In this document: positions 1 to 9,105 of the stretch, one piece after another
Layout: every line of letters begins with the position of its first letter
Position numbering within the stretch: position 1 is the stretch's first letter
Assembly (NCBI GenBank): GCA_964473815.1
Contig: CAYYQK010000001.1
Coordinates: 179,845-243,844 of the forward strand
Direction: 5' to 3'
From: an uncultured Candidatus Saccharibacteria bacterium
Lineage (GTDB): Bacteria > Patescibacteriota > Doudnabacteria > UBA920
DNA length: 64,000 nucleotides
Translations under genes and position numbers: made by a program
Notes under the pieces: model-generated
The model's input: the letters and a program-made list of their open reading frames with translations, nothing else
Databases searched by the model: none
Told to the model about the DNA's origin: nothing

Positions 1-31
1 GACTGGCATCGGTTTTTAGTTAAACAAATTA

Positions 32-1465
32 CTAATAATCTTTACACTCATTTTCGTTACACATAAATCCAGTCACACCTTTCGGCGGATTGTCGTAAAC
101 CGCTTTCAGGGTAAACGAGTCAAAAGTGTCATTGACTGTATATGCGTACGAACTACCATTTGGATCCACCGGCACTTTGGTTAAGTATCGCGGCACCAAT
201 ACATTAGGATACTGCTGTGCGGTTGGAAATGCAAATACTTTTGTACTGTTCGAATCAATTTGGGCGCTGGAGTAAATAATCAACGCCATCTTGATATTTT
301 GTAAATCGTTTTGTCTTTGTTGATTGTTGGCCGCAGCATCTTGCTTAGTGGAGTCGGACAAAGCATCTTTGGTAGTGTATTTAATCAACTGATTCTGTGT
401 TTCACTAAAGTAAGATAAGGTGAAGTCGGAATTTTTTGCACCACTACTGTAGCTGTACACATACTGCATTTTATTAATCGGATCGTTGTAATCTGTTTTT
501 TCTGTATTGTAAGATTTTATCGCTTCAACCATGCTCGAAAAGTCGCTTGTGGCCGGGAAAGTCTTTTTGTCTTTTTGATATTTTAACAAAGCCGCACCGA
601 CTTTTTTTATTGCATCCTGACGACGGGTGTCGCGGTCTAGTTTGGCCTGCGGTGAAGTATCAATGCCAAGATCTTCCAAAGTTTTAGCATTCGGATCTTT
701 AAAGTCATACAAAGTTAAGGCAGCAGGGCCCAGTGTAGTTAGAGTTGGCTGATGCAAACCTTTATCTTTGATTCGGTTTACGATTTCATCTTTGCGAGAA
801 TCGGTATATGGAGCGTTGGTGTGAATATCATAACCACCCTTCACGAAGTCAGCATCACTGTAATCCCCTTCGCGATATGTGCGAGACAAAAGTGGATCGG
901 TATCGAAAACATTTTTTTCATCACCGTCGGCTATGCCATCGCTGTCGCTGTCAGGATTGTTTGGATCGGTGCCAGTGTCGAATTCTTGCTTGTTTGTGAA
1001 GCCATCGCGATCAGGATCGGCTTTGTCACCACACTGAGTAAGATTGGTGCAGGTATCTGAACCAAAGAAACGGGCCAGCCAGTCGCCTGGTGTGGTGACA
1101 TCAGGATTGGTTGGTTGAGCGGGACCAGTATTCGTATTAGTAACCTGAGCCACGTCATGAGGCTTGCGCATAAAATACCACACTGCCGCTGTGGCTATAG
1201 CGACCAGTAAAACAAACCCAACCGACATCAAGAACCATTTATTTTTGAAAATGCTGAAAAAGCCACCTTTTGTTGGCTGAGTAATTGTTATATTAGTTGC
1301 CGTAGGTCCGCTTACCACGGCTTCGGGGGCCATGGGGCGTGCTTGCCTTGCAGGGACATCAACACCGCTGCTAGCAATGCTGCCAGTAGCGCTGACTTCG
1401 GGCATGACGTTATAAAAAACTTGTGGTTCTTCGGATCCGTCTGTTTGTATTTCAGAATCTGCCAT
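32..1465 (-). CDS. Membrane-anchored extracytoplasmic protein with thrombospondin-type-3-like acidic Ca-binding repeats
   Basis: 477 aa ORF with one TM helix (FFSIFKNKWFLMSVGFVLLVAIATAAVWYF). Acidic DxDxDGxxD repeats follow (DPDRDGFTNKQEFDTGTDPNNPDSDSDGIADGDEKNVFDTDP). No enzymatic motif recognised. Confidence 0.45.
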   Translation of the reverse strand: MADSEIQTDGSEEPQVFYNVMPEVSATGSIASSGVDVPARQARPMAPEAVVSGPTATNITITQPTKGGFFSIFKNKWFLMSVGFVLLVAIATAAVWYFMRKPHDVAQVTNTNTGPAQPTNPDVTTPGDWLARFFGSDTCTNLTQCGDKADPDRDGFTNKQEFDTGTDPNNPDSDSDGIADGDEKNVFDTDPLLSRTYREGDYSDADFVKGGYDIHTNAPYTDSRKDEIVNRIKDKGLHQPTLTTLGPAALTLYDFKDPNAKTLEDLGIDTSPQAKLDRDTRRQDAIKKVGAALLKYQKDKKTFPATSDFSSMVEAIKSYNTEKTDYNDPINKMQYVYSYSSGAKNSDFTLSYFSETQNQLIKYTTKDALSDSTKQDAAANNQQRQNDLQNIKMALIIYSSAQIDSNSTKVFAFPTAQQYPNVLVPRYLTKVPVDPNGSSYAYTVNDTFDSFTLKAVYDNPPKGVTGFMCNENECKDY

Positions 1466-1488
1466 TTTGTTTTGTTTTTTAACCTGAG

Positions 1489-1857
1489 TTAGGCGTTAAA
1501 AAATACTTCTAAAGTTATGATAAATAAAATTAAGGTTAGTCCTACCCACCAAAATAAGACGTGGAATACTTGGAGTAGCAGCAGTGCAATGACCAAGAGA
1601 GCAAGTAAGACGGCTTGTCGGAAACTGATTCGCAGTTGTTCGGAAAACATCCCTGGCCAAAATTGGCGACGAAGCCACGTGCCTACTAGTGTGAATAATC
1701 CTGCGATTGTGAGCAGCAACGTTAAATAAAAGAAAATGTGTGGCAGCAGGCCTGATGTGAAAGGATCAACAAACCACAAAATCGAAACTAATCCGGCCAA
1801 AGACAGAAGCGTGCCTAAGCTGATTGGTAGTAAATAGTTTCTTGTAGTGTGGTGCAT
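1489..1857 (-). CDS. Small polytopic membrane protein (hypothetical)
   Basis: 122 aa, almost entirely hydrophobic with about four TM helices. No motif recognised. Confidence 0.35.
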   Translation of the reverse strand: MHHTTRNYLLPISLGTLLSLAGLVSILWFVDPFTSGLLPHIFFYLTLLLTIAGLFTLVGTWLRRQFWPGMFSEQLRISFRQAVLLALLVIALLLLQVFHVLFWWVGLTLILFIITLEVFFNA

Positions 1858-1915
1858 TTAAGGTTTCTCTCGCCTTTTAGTATACCACATTTGCTAGGTT
1901 TATGCCTAATTGTTT

Positions 1916-2308
1916 CTAGTTGTTACGCCAAGATGAGTCTCGGTTAAAGTCGTCTTCGAGTCGCTCGTTGTCGAACTCATCGAACTCACCGGTAATAACC
2001 TCGATAACTATGAAGGGTTCTGTCCCTTGTCGATTGTCCAAGCGATGTTTGTCGCCAATATTTATCTGGACTGATTCCCCTGCTTTGAAAGGAATTTCTT
2101 CATCGTTAATTACAGCAATGCCCCTGCCTGAAACTGCGAACCAATGTTCGTGCCGCAGTTGGTGTTGCTGGTATGAAAGTCTTTTGCCAGGATGAACCTC
2201 GAGCCGTTTGATGATAACGTCTTTGCTATTGCCTTGATTTTGCAGTTCGGAAAGAACTGTAAAATTTCCCCAAGGTCGTTCTTCGTAATCTTTAGCGTTT
2301 TTGGCCAT
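1916..2308 (-). CDS. Cupin-domain protein (mannose-6-phosphate isomerase type II C-terminal cupin-like)
   Basis: 130 aa. N-terminal ERPWGxF followed by HxH...E (RLSYQQHQLRHEHWFAVSGRG), the typical small cupin pattern. Confidence 0.5.
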   Translation of the reverse strand: MAKNAKDYEERPWGNFTVLSELQNQGNSKDVIIKRLEVHPGKRLSYQQHQLRHEHWFAVSGRGIAVINDEEIPFKAGESVQINIGDKHRLDNRQGTEPFIVIEVITGEFDEFDNERLEDDFNRDSSWRNN

Positions 2309-2921
2309 TGCGTTTTATTCCTGCAAAAATATTCTGGCGTAATTGTTTGTTGGTTGCGAATTTGTAGAGGTATGGTGAAATTGAAACAAGAATTATCAAA
2401 ATGATTCCTGGAATGATGTATTTGTCGACGTTTGGTATTGATACACCTAAGTAGTAACCGAGTAAGGTCAAGCTAGTTCCCCAAAGAATGGCACCGATGC
2501 CAGCGAAGAATAGAAAATTTTTGTAACTCATTGCTCCTACTCCTGCCATTGTTGAGGCAAAGGTTCGGACGATAGGAACAAAGCGTGCGATGACTAAAGT
2601 TTTCGAACCATGGTGCTCAAAAAACTGTTGCGTTTTTTCGAGATGAGATTTGCGAAACCAGAATGACTCTTCTTTTTTGAAAATTTTTGGTCCGATTTTA
2701 CGGCCAATCCAGTAGCCTAAGTTATCACCACAAAAGACCGCAATGATGATTAGTGGAATTAGTACTTCAATATTAAGATAGTGCTGCGAGGCCAAAATAC
2801 CTGCGGTGAAAAGCAGGCTGTCGCCTGGAAGGAAGAAGCCGATCAATAGACCGGTTTCGGCAAAAAGAATTGCGAAAAGTCCTAAATATCCGGCTGCTTT
2901 GACTAATGAGATTAAATCCAT
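2292..2921 (-). CDS. DedA/VTT-family membrane protein
   Basis: 209 aa. GYxGLFxxxFxExGLxIGFFLPGDSLLFTAG and ARFVPIVRTF motifs typical of DedA/SNARE-associated family. Its 3' end overlaps the cupin gene start by 17 nt. Confidence 0.7.
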   Translation of the reverse strand: MDLISLVKAAGYLGLFAILFAETGLLIGFFLPGDSLLFTAGILASQHYLNIEVLIPLIIIAVFCGDNLGYWIGRKIGPKIFKKEESFWFRKSHLEKTQQFFEHHGSKTLVIARFVPIVRTFASTMAGVGAMSYKNFLFFAGIGAILWGTSLTLLGYYLGVSIPNVDKYIIPGIILIILVSISPYLYKFATNKQLRQNIFAGIKRNGQKR

Positions 2922-2954
2922 TTAATTAAGTTAATACAATACATTATAACAGTT

Positions 2955-5912
2955 CTAGAGCATATCTTCGTAGTTGCAAGTGTGGCGTTTGGATTTTTTG
3001 TGAAGCTCGGCAAATTTGTCGTATTTTACTGCGTCGCGAATTTGCTCGATTGTTACTACAAGTTTTTCTTTCAATTCTTTCAGATCCTCCTGCTTGGCAA
3101 GAGGGTCAGTAACTATTTCATTAGGATATAGATACCAATATTGTAGGTTTTCGACTGGCTCTTTGAAGAATTCTTCCGCTGCCCATTGGTAAATTCTGAG
3201 CTGATCCACATCGCTGCTCGAAGATTTGCTTGGAACTTTTTCTGAAGTTTTATAATCGATAATTCTTAGTCCCTTGTCACCGGCGTCGGCGCGGTCGATT
3301 TTTCCATTGAAGGTGTACTGACTTTTATCACCCAGTTTCATGCTAAATGATTCTTCGATGTATTTGGGTTTGATATCGTCTTTGTGTTTTGTTGTTGATT
3401 CAAAAAAGGTTTTGAGAATTTGTTCCCCTCTTTGTCGATATTGTTCTTTTTGTTTTTTATTTTCGTACCAGTCATCGATCCACTCTTTAGTGTAGAGTTC
3501 TTCAAGGAGTTTTTCCGGTGGAAGTTCAACAGCGATTTCTTTGGTGAATAAGTCTTGCTGCGGTGCGCTAAGGCGGCGCTGGTAATCTTCCATATATTTC
3601 TGAAGCACCGTATGTATAGTCGAACCAAAACTTAAATGATGATTCCCGGGTAACGGAAGACGCAAGTAAAAACGATATTTATATTCTTGCGGGCAGTTCA
3701 AAAATGTTGTGATGCCAGTGAAAGAAAAAGTTTCTGGTAATTGTTTGTAAATTACTTTGCGCGCTTTGGTTACAGGTTTGTTAAACACGACTTTGCCCGT
3801 GGCTTTAGTAATGTTTTCACTTGGTACAAGATTTGTTTCTTGGAGAAAGATTGATGGCTTTTTAAATTTCGCACCCCCGTAATCAAGTCCCCAACTTAAG
3901 TACAAATGAGTTTTAGCTCGGGTCAGAGCAACATAAAAAAGTCTACGCTCTTCTTGTAAGTGAAAGTCGCCTTCGGGAAGAATGTCTTTAACAAGTGCTG
4001 TAGGAATTTCTATTGCGTCTCGTTGTGCGCGCGTTGGAAAACGCTGATCAACCATATTCACAATAAAAGCGAATTTAAATTCCAGACCTTTCGCGCTGTG
4101 GATGGTCATTACTTTAAGGCTTTCAGGGCCACTGTTTGGATCGAATTTTATCGCCCCTTGTTCGCCTGCTTTAAATTCCAGGCTTAATTCAGCTAAAAAT
4201 CCGCGCATGGTGCGGTCTTCTGCCTCCTGGGCATAGTTTTCCACCTTTTTGTAGAATTGCTCTAATAGCTCACGATTCTGAGCATTTTCCAAAGTGTCTT
4301 CTTCGAGCATTTGGTCTATCCCCAGATCTGCCACCAGTTCGACAAATAATTCGATTGCAGATTTCTCAGAAGTTTCCGCACTGTGCTTTTTTAACAATCC
4401 GAAAAGCAGATTAATTTTTGTTTTTGATTCCTCACTTAATTGTGACAAAGCTTCTTGTGATTGCATCGCTTCGTACAGTGAAATGGTTTTGCGATTTATG
4501 AATTGCGTTAAGTGCGCAATGTCGACTGCGTTGAGTTGAAATTTCGGAAAATTAAGCACACGATACAGCGCGGCAGTCTCATGGTAATTGTCGAGAAGTT
4601 TTAAATAATTGATGATATCCGCGATGAGCGGCTTTTTGTAAAGACCGCGGTTGGCCACAAAACTGTATGGAATATTTTTAGCTTCGAGCACAGGAATAAT
4701 TTCGCTGGCCGCTGAGTTGCTGCGGGTTAAAATGCAAAAATCGTTCCAGGTTGAATCTGGAAACTTTGCTTTTAGTTCGAAGGCTTTTGTAACAACTAAG
4801 TTCAGTTCCTCGCTTAAATCTTTGCCTTCTAATACTTTGATTTCACTGGCATCTTTATTGTGACCTTTGAGTCGCTTGTCGATTTTGAGCTTTTCTTCTA
4901 AGCGGTTTGGGTTATTGTGCTGAATGAATTCATATGCCAAATCCAAAATTTTCTGCGAGCTTCGGTAGTTGTCTACAAGTGTAAGGCTGGAAATAGTTGG
5001 AAAGTCTTCTTTGATCTTTAATATGTTCGAAACTGATGCACCGCGGAATTTGTAAATGGATTGGTCGTCGTCTCCAACTACAACTAAATTTGGTACCACA
5101 ATGTTCGGATCTTTGTGCGTTGTCAGAAGTTTGATGAGTTCGTATTGCGCTACGTTAGTGTCTTGAAATTCATCTACCATTACAAATTTAAAAAATTGTT
5201 GATAGTAACGCAGTAGGTTGGGCCGTTTTTGAAATAGTTGAATACAGTAGTGAATCAGATCGCCAAAAACCATGTACTCATTGTCGAGCATAAGTTTTTG
5301 GTAAGTGTGATATGCGTTCGCTAACTCTTCAATACGCTTGATTTCGGCAATGGTGTCGTCATCTGTACCGATTGGAAGCTGCGCATCTCCGCTGCTAAGT
5401 TTAAGTGACTCGGCGTAATTCAAATAATCTTCAGGTGTAATTAATTCATCTTTGCATTTTGAAAAATGATCGAGCAAAGAATCTATGAACCGGTTCGGAC
5501 TGCCCAAGGGCCGATAGTAATCCAGTTGGAATTTATCAAAATTTTTATAAATAAAAATCCACTGCTTGGTTTGGTCAAGAAGTTGGAAGTCATTCGACAA
5601 ACCAATGTCGATGCCATGCTGCTTAATGATGCGCTCACAAAAACTGTGGAAAGTCGAAATCCAAAAATCGTGGACACCCAAAGGGACTAGTTGATCTACA
5701 CGATCTTCCATTTCACCAGCGGCTTTGTCTGTGAACGTCAAAGCCAAAATTTGCTCAGGTCTAGCCAATTTTTGTTCTATGAGGTAGGCAATGCGGCGAG
5801 TGATCACCGTGGTCTTCCCTGTCCCGGCACCAGCCACAATTAACAACGGACCGTCAGTGTGAGTGACGGCTTTGAGTTGTTGTTCATTTAGGTTTTCGAG
5901 GAGGTTTGACAT
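2955..5912 (-). CDS. UvrD/PcrA-family superfamily-1 DNA helicase fused to a C-terminal PD-(D/E)xK (RecB/Cas4-like) nuclease domain
   Basis: 985 aa. N-terminal LNEQQLKAVTHTDGPLLIVAGAGTGKTTV (Walker A) and later UvrD helicase motifs. C-terminal GKIDRAD ... RIIDYKTS ... QLRIYQWA matches the RecB-family nuclease motifs II/III/QhxxY. Confidence 0.8.
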   Translation of the reverse strand: MSNLLENLNEQQLKAVTHTDGPLLIVAGAGTGKTTVITRRIAYLIEQKLARPEQILALTFTDKAAGEMEDRVDQLVPLGVHDFWISTFHSFCERIIKQHGIDIGLSNDFQLLDQTKQWIFIYKNFDKFQLDYYRPLGSPNRFIDSLLDHFSKCKDELITPEDYLNYAESLKLSSGDAQLPIGTDDDTIAEIKRIEELANAYHTYQKLMLDNEYMVFGDLIHYCIQLFQKRPNLLRYYQQFFKFVMVDEFQDTNVAQYELIKLLTTHKDPNIVVPNLVVVGDDDQSIYKFRGASVSNILKIKEDFPTISSLTLVDNYRSSQKILDLAYEFIQHNNPNRLEEKLKIDKRLKGHNKDASEIKVLEGKDLSEELNLVVTKAFELKAKFPDSTWNDFCILTRSNSAASEIIPVLEAKNIPYSFVANRGLYKKPLIADIINYLKLLDNYHETAALYRVLNFPKFQLNAVDIAHLTQFINRKTISLYEAMQSQEALSQLSEESKTKINLLFGLLKKHSAETSEKSAIELFVELVADLGIDQMLEEDTLENAQNRELLEQFYKKVENYAQEAEDRTMRGFLAELSLEFKAGEQGAIKFDPNSGPESLKVMTIHSAKGLEFKFAFIVNMVDQRFPTRAQRDAIEIPTALVKDILPEGDFHLQEERRLFYVALTRAKTHLYLSWGLDYGGAKFKKPSIFLQETNLVPSENITKATGKVVFNKPVTKARKVIYKQLPETFSFTGITTFLNCPQEYKYRFYLRLPLPGNHHLSFGSTIHTVLQKYMEDYQRRLSAPQQDLFTKEIAVELPPEKLLEELYTKEWIDDWYENKKQKEQYRQRGEQILKTFFESTTKHKDDIKPKYIEESFSMKLGDKSQYTFNGKIDRADAGDKGLRIIDYKTSEKVPSKSSSSDVDQLRIYQWAAEEFFKEPVENLQYWYLYPNEIVTDPLAKQEDLKELKEKLVVTIEQIRDAVKYDKFAELHKKSKRHTCNYEDML

Positions 5913-5951
5913 AGCCGGCTATTTTTGATAATTTACCTGATCGGAGGTATG

Positions 5952-6218
5952 GATATGATTAATTTAATTCGGTCGGAGGATGACCCTGAAGTTTTTGTTT
6001 TCGCTGGATCTTGCGCAGCACCTGTTTCGGCTTTTGAGACAGTGGGTGGTCCAGTAGAAATTCGGGACAGTGACGAACAGCTAAAATCGAGCAGTTTTAT
6101 CGACCACATGGCCGATGAACTGGCACCGGCAGGCGCCGGGTATTACGAGCTGGGCCAGCTGTCCGAATCGGGCGATGGCCAGGCAGTATTGCCGATACAA
6201 TACTTCAGGTTACCATAA
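5952..6218 (+). CDS. Hypothetical small protein, GC-rich gene
   Basis: Plus-strand ORF diverging from the helicase gene. GGAGG lies 7 nt upstream of the second in-frame ATG (MINLIRSEDD...). Local GC is clearly above the window average. A hairpin terminator follows. No homology recognised. Confidence 0.3.
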   Translation, partial: DMINLIRSEDDPEVFVFAGSCAAPVSAFETVGGPVEIRDSDEQLKSSSFIDHMADELAPAGAGYYELGQLSESGDGQAVLPIQYFRLP

Positions 6219-6243
6219 TGGTGATTTAACCAATATGATTTTT

Positions 6244-6273
6244 AAGGCGGTTTTGGTCCGCCTTTTCTTTTTG
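6244..6273. terminator. Rho-independent-type hairpin (bidirectional)
   Basis: AAGGCGG-TTTTGGT-CCGCCTT followed by a T-run. It sits between the 3' ends of the plus small ORF and the minus PIN gene. Confidence 0.5.
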
Positions 6274-6274
6274 T

Positions 6275-6721
6275 CTAATTTTTTCCGGAAAAAAAGCCTG
6301 CCCACTGTTTCCAGAGGTCATTACCATCGTCTTTGTATCTTACCCAAAACTGTGAAGGATTTACAATTTGCACGCCATCGTATTCTTCAAGGGTCAACAA
6401 GTCATTATCTCGCGTGATAAGATAGTCAGCTTTAGCTTCGACTGCGCTTTCTAAAATTTTATTATCTTCTTGGTCGCGCACTACGTGAATCTGTCGACGA
6501 TTTACAACCTGATTTATGCGCGACATCAAATCGTTGATTTCACGTTCGTAAGACGGATCTTCCACAAGGCGACGCATTATTAATCGGTTCTCGCGAATAG
6601 TTTGGTGATTCGCAAAAGCCTCAATCTCCCCTGCCCTGACCGCATCGATAATCTGCTTTTCGTAAGAGTAGTCGTCTTTGATTCCATCAATCAAAACATT
6701 CGTGTCTAAAACAATTTTCAT
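6275..6721 (-). CDS. PIN-domain nuclease (PIN_3 / TIGR00305-like putative toxin family)
   Basis: 148 aa starting MKIVLDTNVLIDGI with the acidic residues of a PIN fold. Later ADYLITRDNDLL matches the PIN_3 family signature. Confidence 0.6.
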   Translation of the reverse strand: MKIVLDTNVLIDGIKDDYSYEKQIIDAVRAGEIEAFANHQTIRENRLIMRRLVEDPSYEREINDLMSRINQVVNRRQIHVVRDQEDNKILESAVEAKADYLITRDNDLLTLEEYDGVQIVNPSQFWVRYKDDGNDLWKQWAGFFSGKN

Positions 6722-6744
6722 AACTGAATTTCTAAATTTATTCT

Positions 6745-7308
6745 TTAACGTTTGGTTGTTTTGCGCGGTGCGCGTCCTGGGGTTCGACCACCAGCGCGAC
6801 CACCCTTAATCGCCATTAGGAAACGGCGCGGGTCTTCATCAAGGTCAATAAAATGGTCGGTTAACTCCTTAATTTTACTTGATGTAGACTTTCCAAAAGC
6901 CACCGTTTCGGTTAGCTGGCCGGTCATTTGCAAGTATTCTAAAAGAGGGGCGAAGTCGCCATCGCCACTAGCCAAAACTACCACGTCGAGTTTATTCATC
7001 TGTTTGATGATATCCATGGCAATACCCACATCCCAATCCCCTTTTTGGCTGCCACCGGCAAATGTTTGCAGATCTTTGGCTTTAACTTCAAAGCCAGCCT
7101 TTTCGAGTGCTTCGAAAAAGCTATGTTCTTCCGGCATATCCGCCTTAACAACGTAAGCGATGGCGCGGATTAATTTGCGATTGCCAAGCGCTTCTTTTAG
7201 CACTTCGTTAAAGTTCACTCTGGCCGAGTAAATGTTGCGTGCACTGTAATATAAATTTTGGACATCAACGAATATTCCTACGCGTTGGTCCGGGTTTCTT
7301 ATTGACAT
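6745..7308 (-). CDS. NYN/LabA-like domain protein (predicted RNase-type nuclease) with Arg-rich C-terminal tail
   Basis: 187 aa. VGIFVDVQNLYYSAR ... VVLASGDGDFAPLL matches the NYN (LabA/YacP-like) domain. The tail is GGRAGGRTPGRAPRKTTKR. The gene is markedly more GC-rich than its neighbours. Confidence 0.6.
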   Translation of the reverse strand: MSIRNPDQRVGIFVDVQNLYYSARNIYSARVNFNEVLKEALGNRKLIRAIAYVVKADMPEEHSFFEALEKAGFEVKAKDLQTFAGGSQKGDWDVGIAMDIIKQMNKLDVVVLASGDGDFAPLLEYLQMTGQLTETVAFGKSTSSKIKELTDHFIDLDEDPRRFLMAIKGGRAGGRTPGRAPRKTTKR

Positions 7309-7309
7309 G

Positions 7310-7981
7310 TTAATGTTTATTAATGAATGTTTTTAGTGCCTCCTCAGTTTTCGGGAAACCATATTCAATTTTAGGAAAATCTTTATATTTATATTCCTTA
7401 TCATTGATAAAAAATAAATTTCTATCCCTATTTGCATTTATATCATAGAAGAAGCGTCCGGCGTGACCTCTAAGCATTGGATATAAATCTACAAAATATA
7501 AATGGGGCGGATTATTGCTATTTTCAGTGGCTCCATATATAAAGTTGTTTCTATTACCCAAATCTAAAAAATCACCAGTACCGTTATTGTAGGTATCATT
7601 GTACATTTGTACTGACTTCGATAAGAATTCATCTTTTTCATTCAAAAACTTTCTGATATTTTCTTCACTCAGTTCGTGAATGGACATAACTTTTTTCATA
7701 AATACGTAAGGCGCTTTTTCATCTAAAACATCAGAATGACCATAGGCTAGATGAAATTCAGGAATAAAATCAGCAAAGTATTGCTTAATTTGCAAAAGGT
7801 TTTGTTCAAATTTTTGTCTTTTCTTTTCAAATTCCCTTTCCTCACCAGGGGCGTATAATACTATTTCCTTTGCCAAGTAATCAGGATTATTTTGAATTTC
7901 TGTTATTTGACTATATCCTCCCTCATGTTTTAATATATCACCTTTCAAAAAAGGTTCTAAACCTTCTTTCATCTTATTCAA
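7310..7981 (-). CDS. Hypothetical protein (223 aa), AT-rich gene
   Basis: Intact ORF in an operon-like position between rmuC and the NYN gene. Its 5' end overlaps the rmuC stop by 8 nt. No recognisable family. Very low GC compared with the flanking NYN gene. Confidence 0.45.
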   Translation of the reverse strand: MNKMKEGLEPFLKGDILKHEGGYSQITEIQNNPDYLAKEIVLYAPGEEREFEKKRQKFEQNLLQIKQYFADFIPEFHLAYGHSDVLDEKAPYVFMKKVMSIHELSEENIRKFLNEKDEFLSKSVQMYNDTYNNGTGDFLDLGNRNNFIYGATENSNNPPHLYFVDLYPMLRGHAGRFFYDINANRDRNLFFINDKEYKYKDFPKIEYGFPKTEEALKTFINKH

Positions 7982-9005
7982 TTAAATTTTGGGCTTCTTC
8001 GGCCGCGAGCTCTGTTACTTCAGTTTGTTCTAACTGAAGTGTGGCCGCGTTTTTGATATTAGCCTGCAGCTTAGCGAAGTCATTGCCTACGGTGCCCATG
8101 GTGTTGCCCGCGTTTTTGATGTGATTGGAAAGCACGCCCAAGTTGCGGCCAAACTTGTCGCTTTCCTGTTGAATGCCAGCTACCATGTGCAAGAGTCGCT
8201 CCGCCACTTCGTTAACTTGCTGGCCACGTAAAGCTATCAAAATAATTTGGAGGTGGTGGTAAAGAGTGTTTGGACTCACCATGTATACTTTTTTACCACG
8301 TGCGTATTCAACCGTGGCTGTATCTTCTAATGCCTCGTGAAAAACACCTTCGCTTGGAATGTACATTAATGCAAAGTCAAAAGTGTTCTCTTGAGGGAGA
8401 ATATACTTTTTGTGGATTTCATCAATGCGTTTGCGGATGTCGCGTAAAAATTGCTTCTTTAAGTTTTCTGCTGCGTCATCTTCTTTAGCTTCCTTGTACA
8501 AACGAAAATTTTCCATGGAGAACTTACTGTCTACAGGTAGAATTTTTTCGCCCACGAACACAGCCATATCTACCACTTCTCCATTCTTGAATTTATACTG
8601 CGATCGGTACGCAGACTTATTCAAAACCTGAGACAACATGTTCTCAAGCATTTCTTCGCCAAAGTTACCACGTGCTTTGGGCGATGCTAACACTTCACTT
8701 AACCGACGAATGTCTGGGCCAATCTGTGACATCTCCCCTAGTCGGCCCTGTAAGGCGCCAATAACTTTGGCGGCGTTGTCTAAGCGCTCATTAATATCTT
8801 TATTAGTTGCAGAAATGGATTTATCCATCTGCTCACGGGTTTGCTCAGTACCAGCTTTAATGTCGCGCATCCACTCCATCATTACTTTCAAAGATTCACT
8901 ATCCTGTGGTTGTTCAGACGCTTTTTTCATTTGCATTAACAGATACAAAAGCAAGCCGAATCCGGCAACTAAAACTGCGATAATTATGTATAAAACTGCG
9001 TTCAT
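7974..9005 (-). CDS. rmuC: DNA recombination protein RmuC
   Basis: 343 aa. N-terminal TM helix, long coiled-coil and C-terminal RmuC nuclease-like region (FDFALMYIPSEGVF ... VSPNTLYHHLQII). Confidence 0.7.
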   Translation of the reverse strand: MNAVLYIIIAVLVAGFGLLLYLLMQMKKASEQPQDSESLKVMMEWMRDIKAGTEQTREQMDKSISATNKDINERLDNAAKVIGALQGRLGEMSQIGPDIRRLSEVLASPKARGNFGEEMLENMLSQVLNKSAYRSQYKFKNGEVVDMAVFVGEKILPVDSKFSMENFRLYKEAKEDDAAENLKKQFLRDIRKRIDEIHKKYILPQENTFDFALMYIPSEGVFHEALEDTATVEYARGKKVYMVSPNTLYHHLQIILIALRGQQVNEVAERLLHMVAGIQQESDKFGRNLGVLSNHIKNAGNTMGTVGNDFAKLQANIKNAATLQLEQTEVTELAAEEAQNLIE

Positions 9006-9012
9006 ATAGATG

Positions 9013-9040
9013 TATTATATCAAACTTTAGGTATAAAAAC
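9013..9040 (-). promoter_or_regulatory. Candidate extended -10 promoter (TGATATAAT) immediately upstream of rmuC start
   Basis: Minus-strand reading gives TTTGATATAATACATCTAT-ATG. TGnTATAAT ends about 8 nt before the ATG, so the transcript may be leaderless. The -35 is weak. Confidence 0.3.
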
Positions 9041-9070
9041 AGGCTCCCTCTATAATTCCAGAGAGAGCCT
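9041..9070 (-). terminator. Hairpin terminator downstream of the inositol-monophosphatase-family gene
   Basis: AGGCTCCCTCT-ATAATTCC-AGAGAGAGCCT (11-bp stem with 1 mismatch). A T-run follows in minus orientation. Confidence 0.5.
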
Positions 9071-9105
9071 AAATTGTGATCAATAGAAGTGCAAATGCCT
9101 GAAGC

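Noticed and set aside
752-1158. Cluster of plus- and minus-strand short ORFs nested inside the 32..1465 gene
   Set aside because: They lie entirely within and mostly antisense to a long, coherent minus-strand ORF and lack ribosome-binding sites or motifs. Treated as frame artefacts, as are most other plus-strand ORFs in the track (for example 3960..4187, 8270..9009, 15000..15675, 36054..36559).
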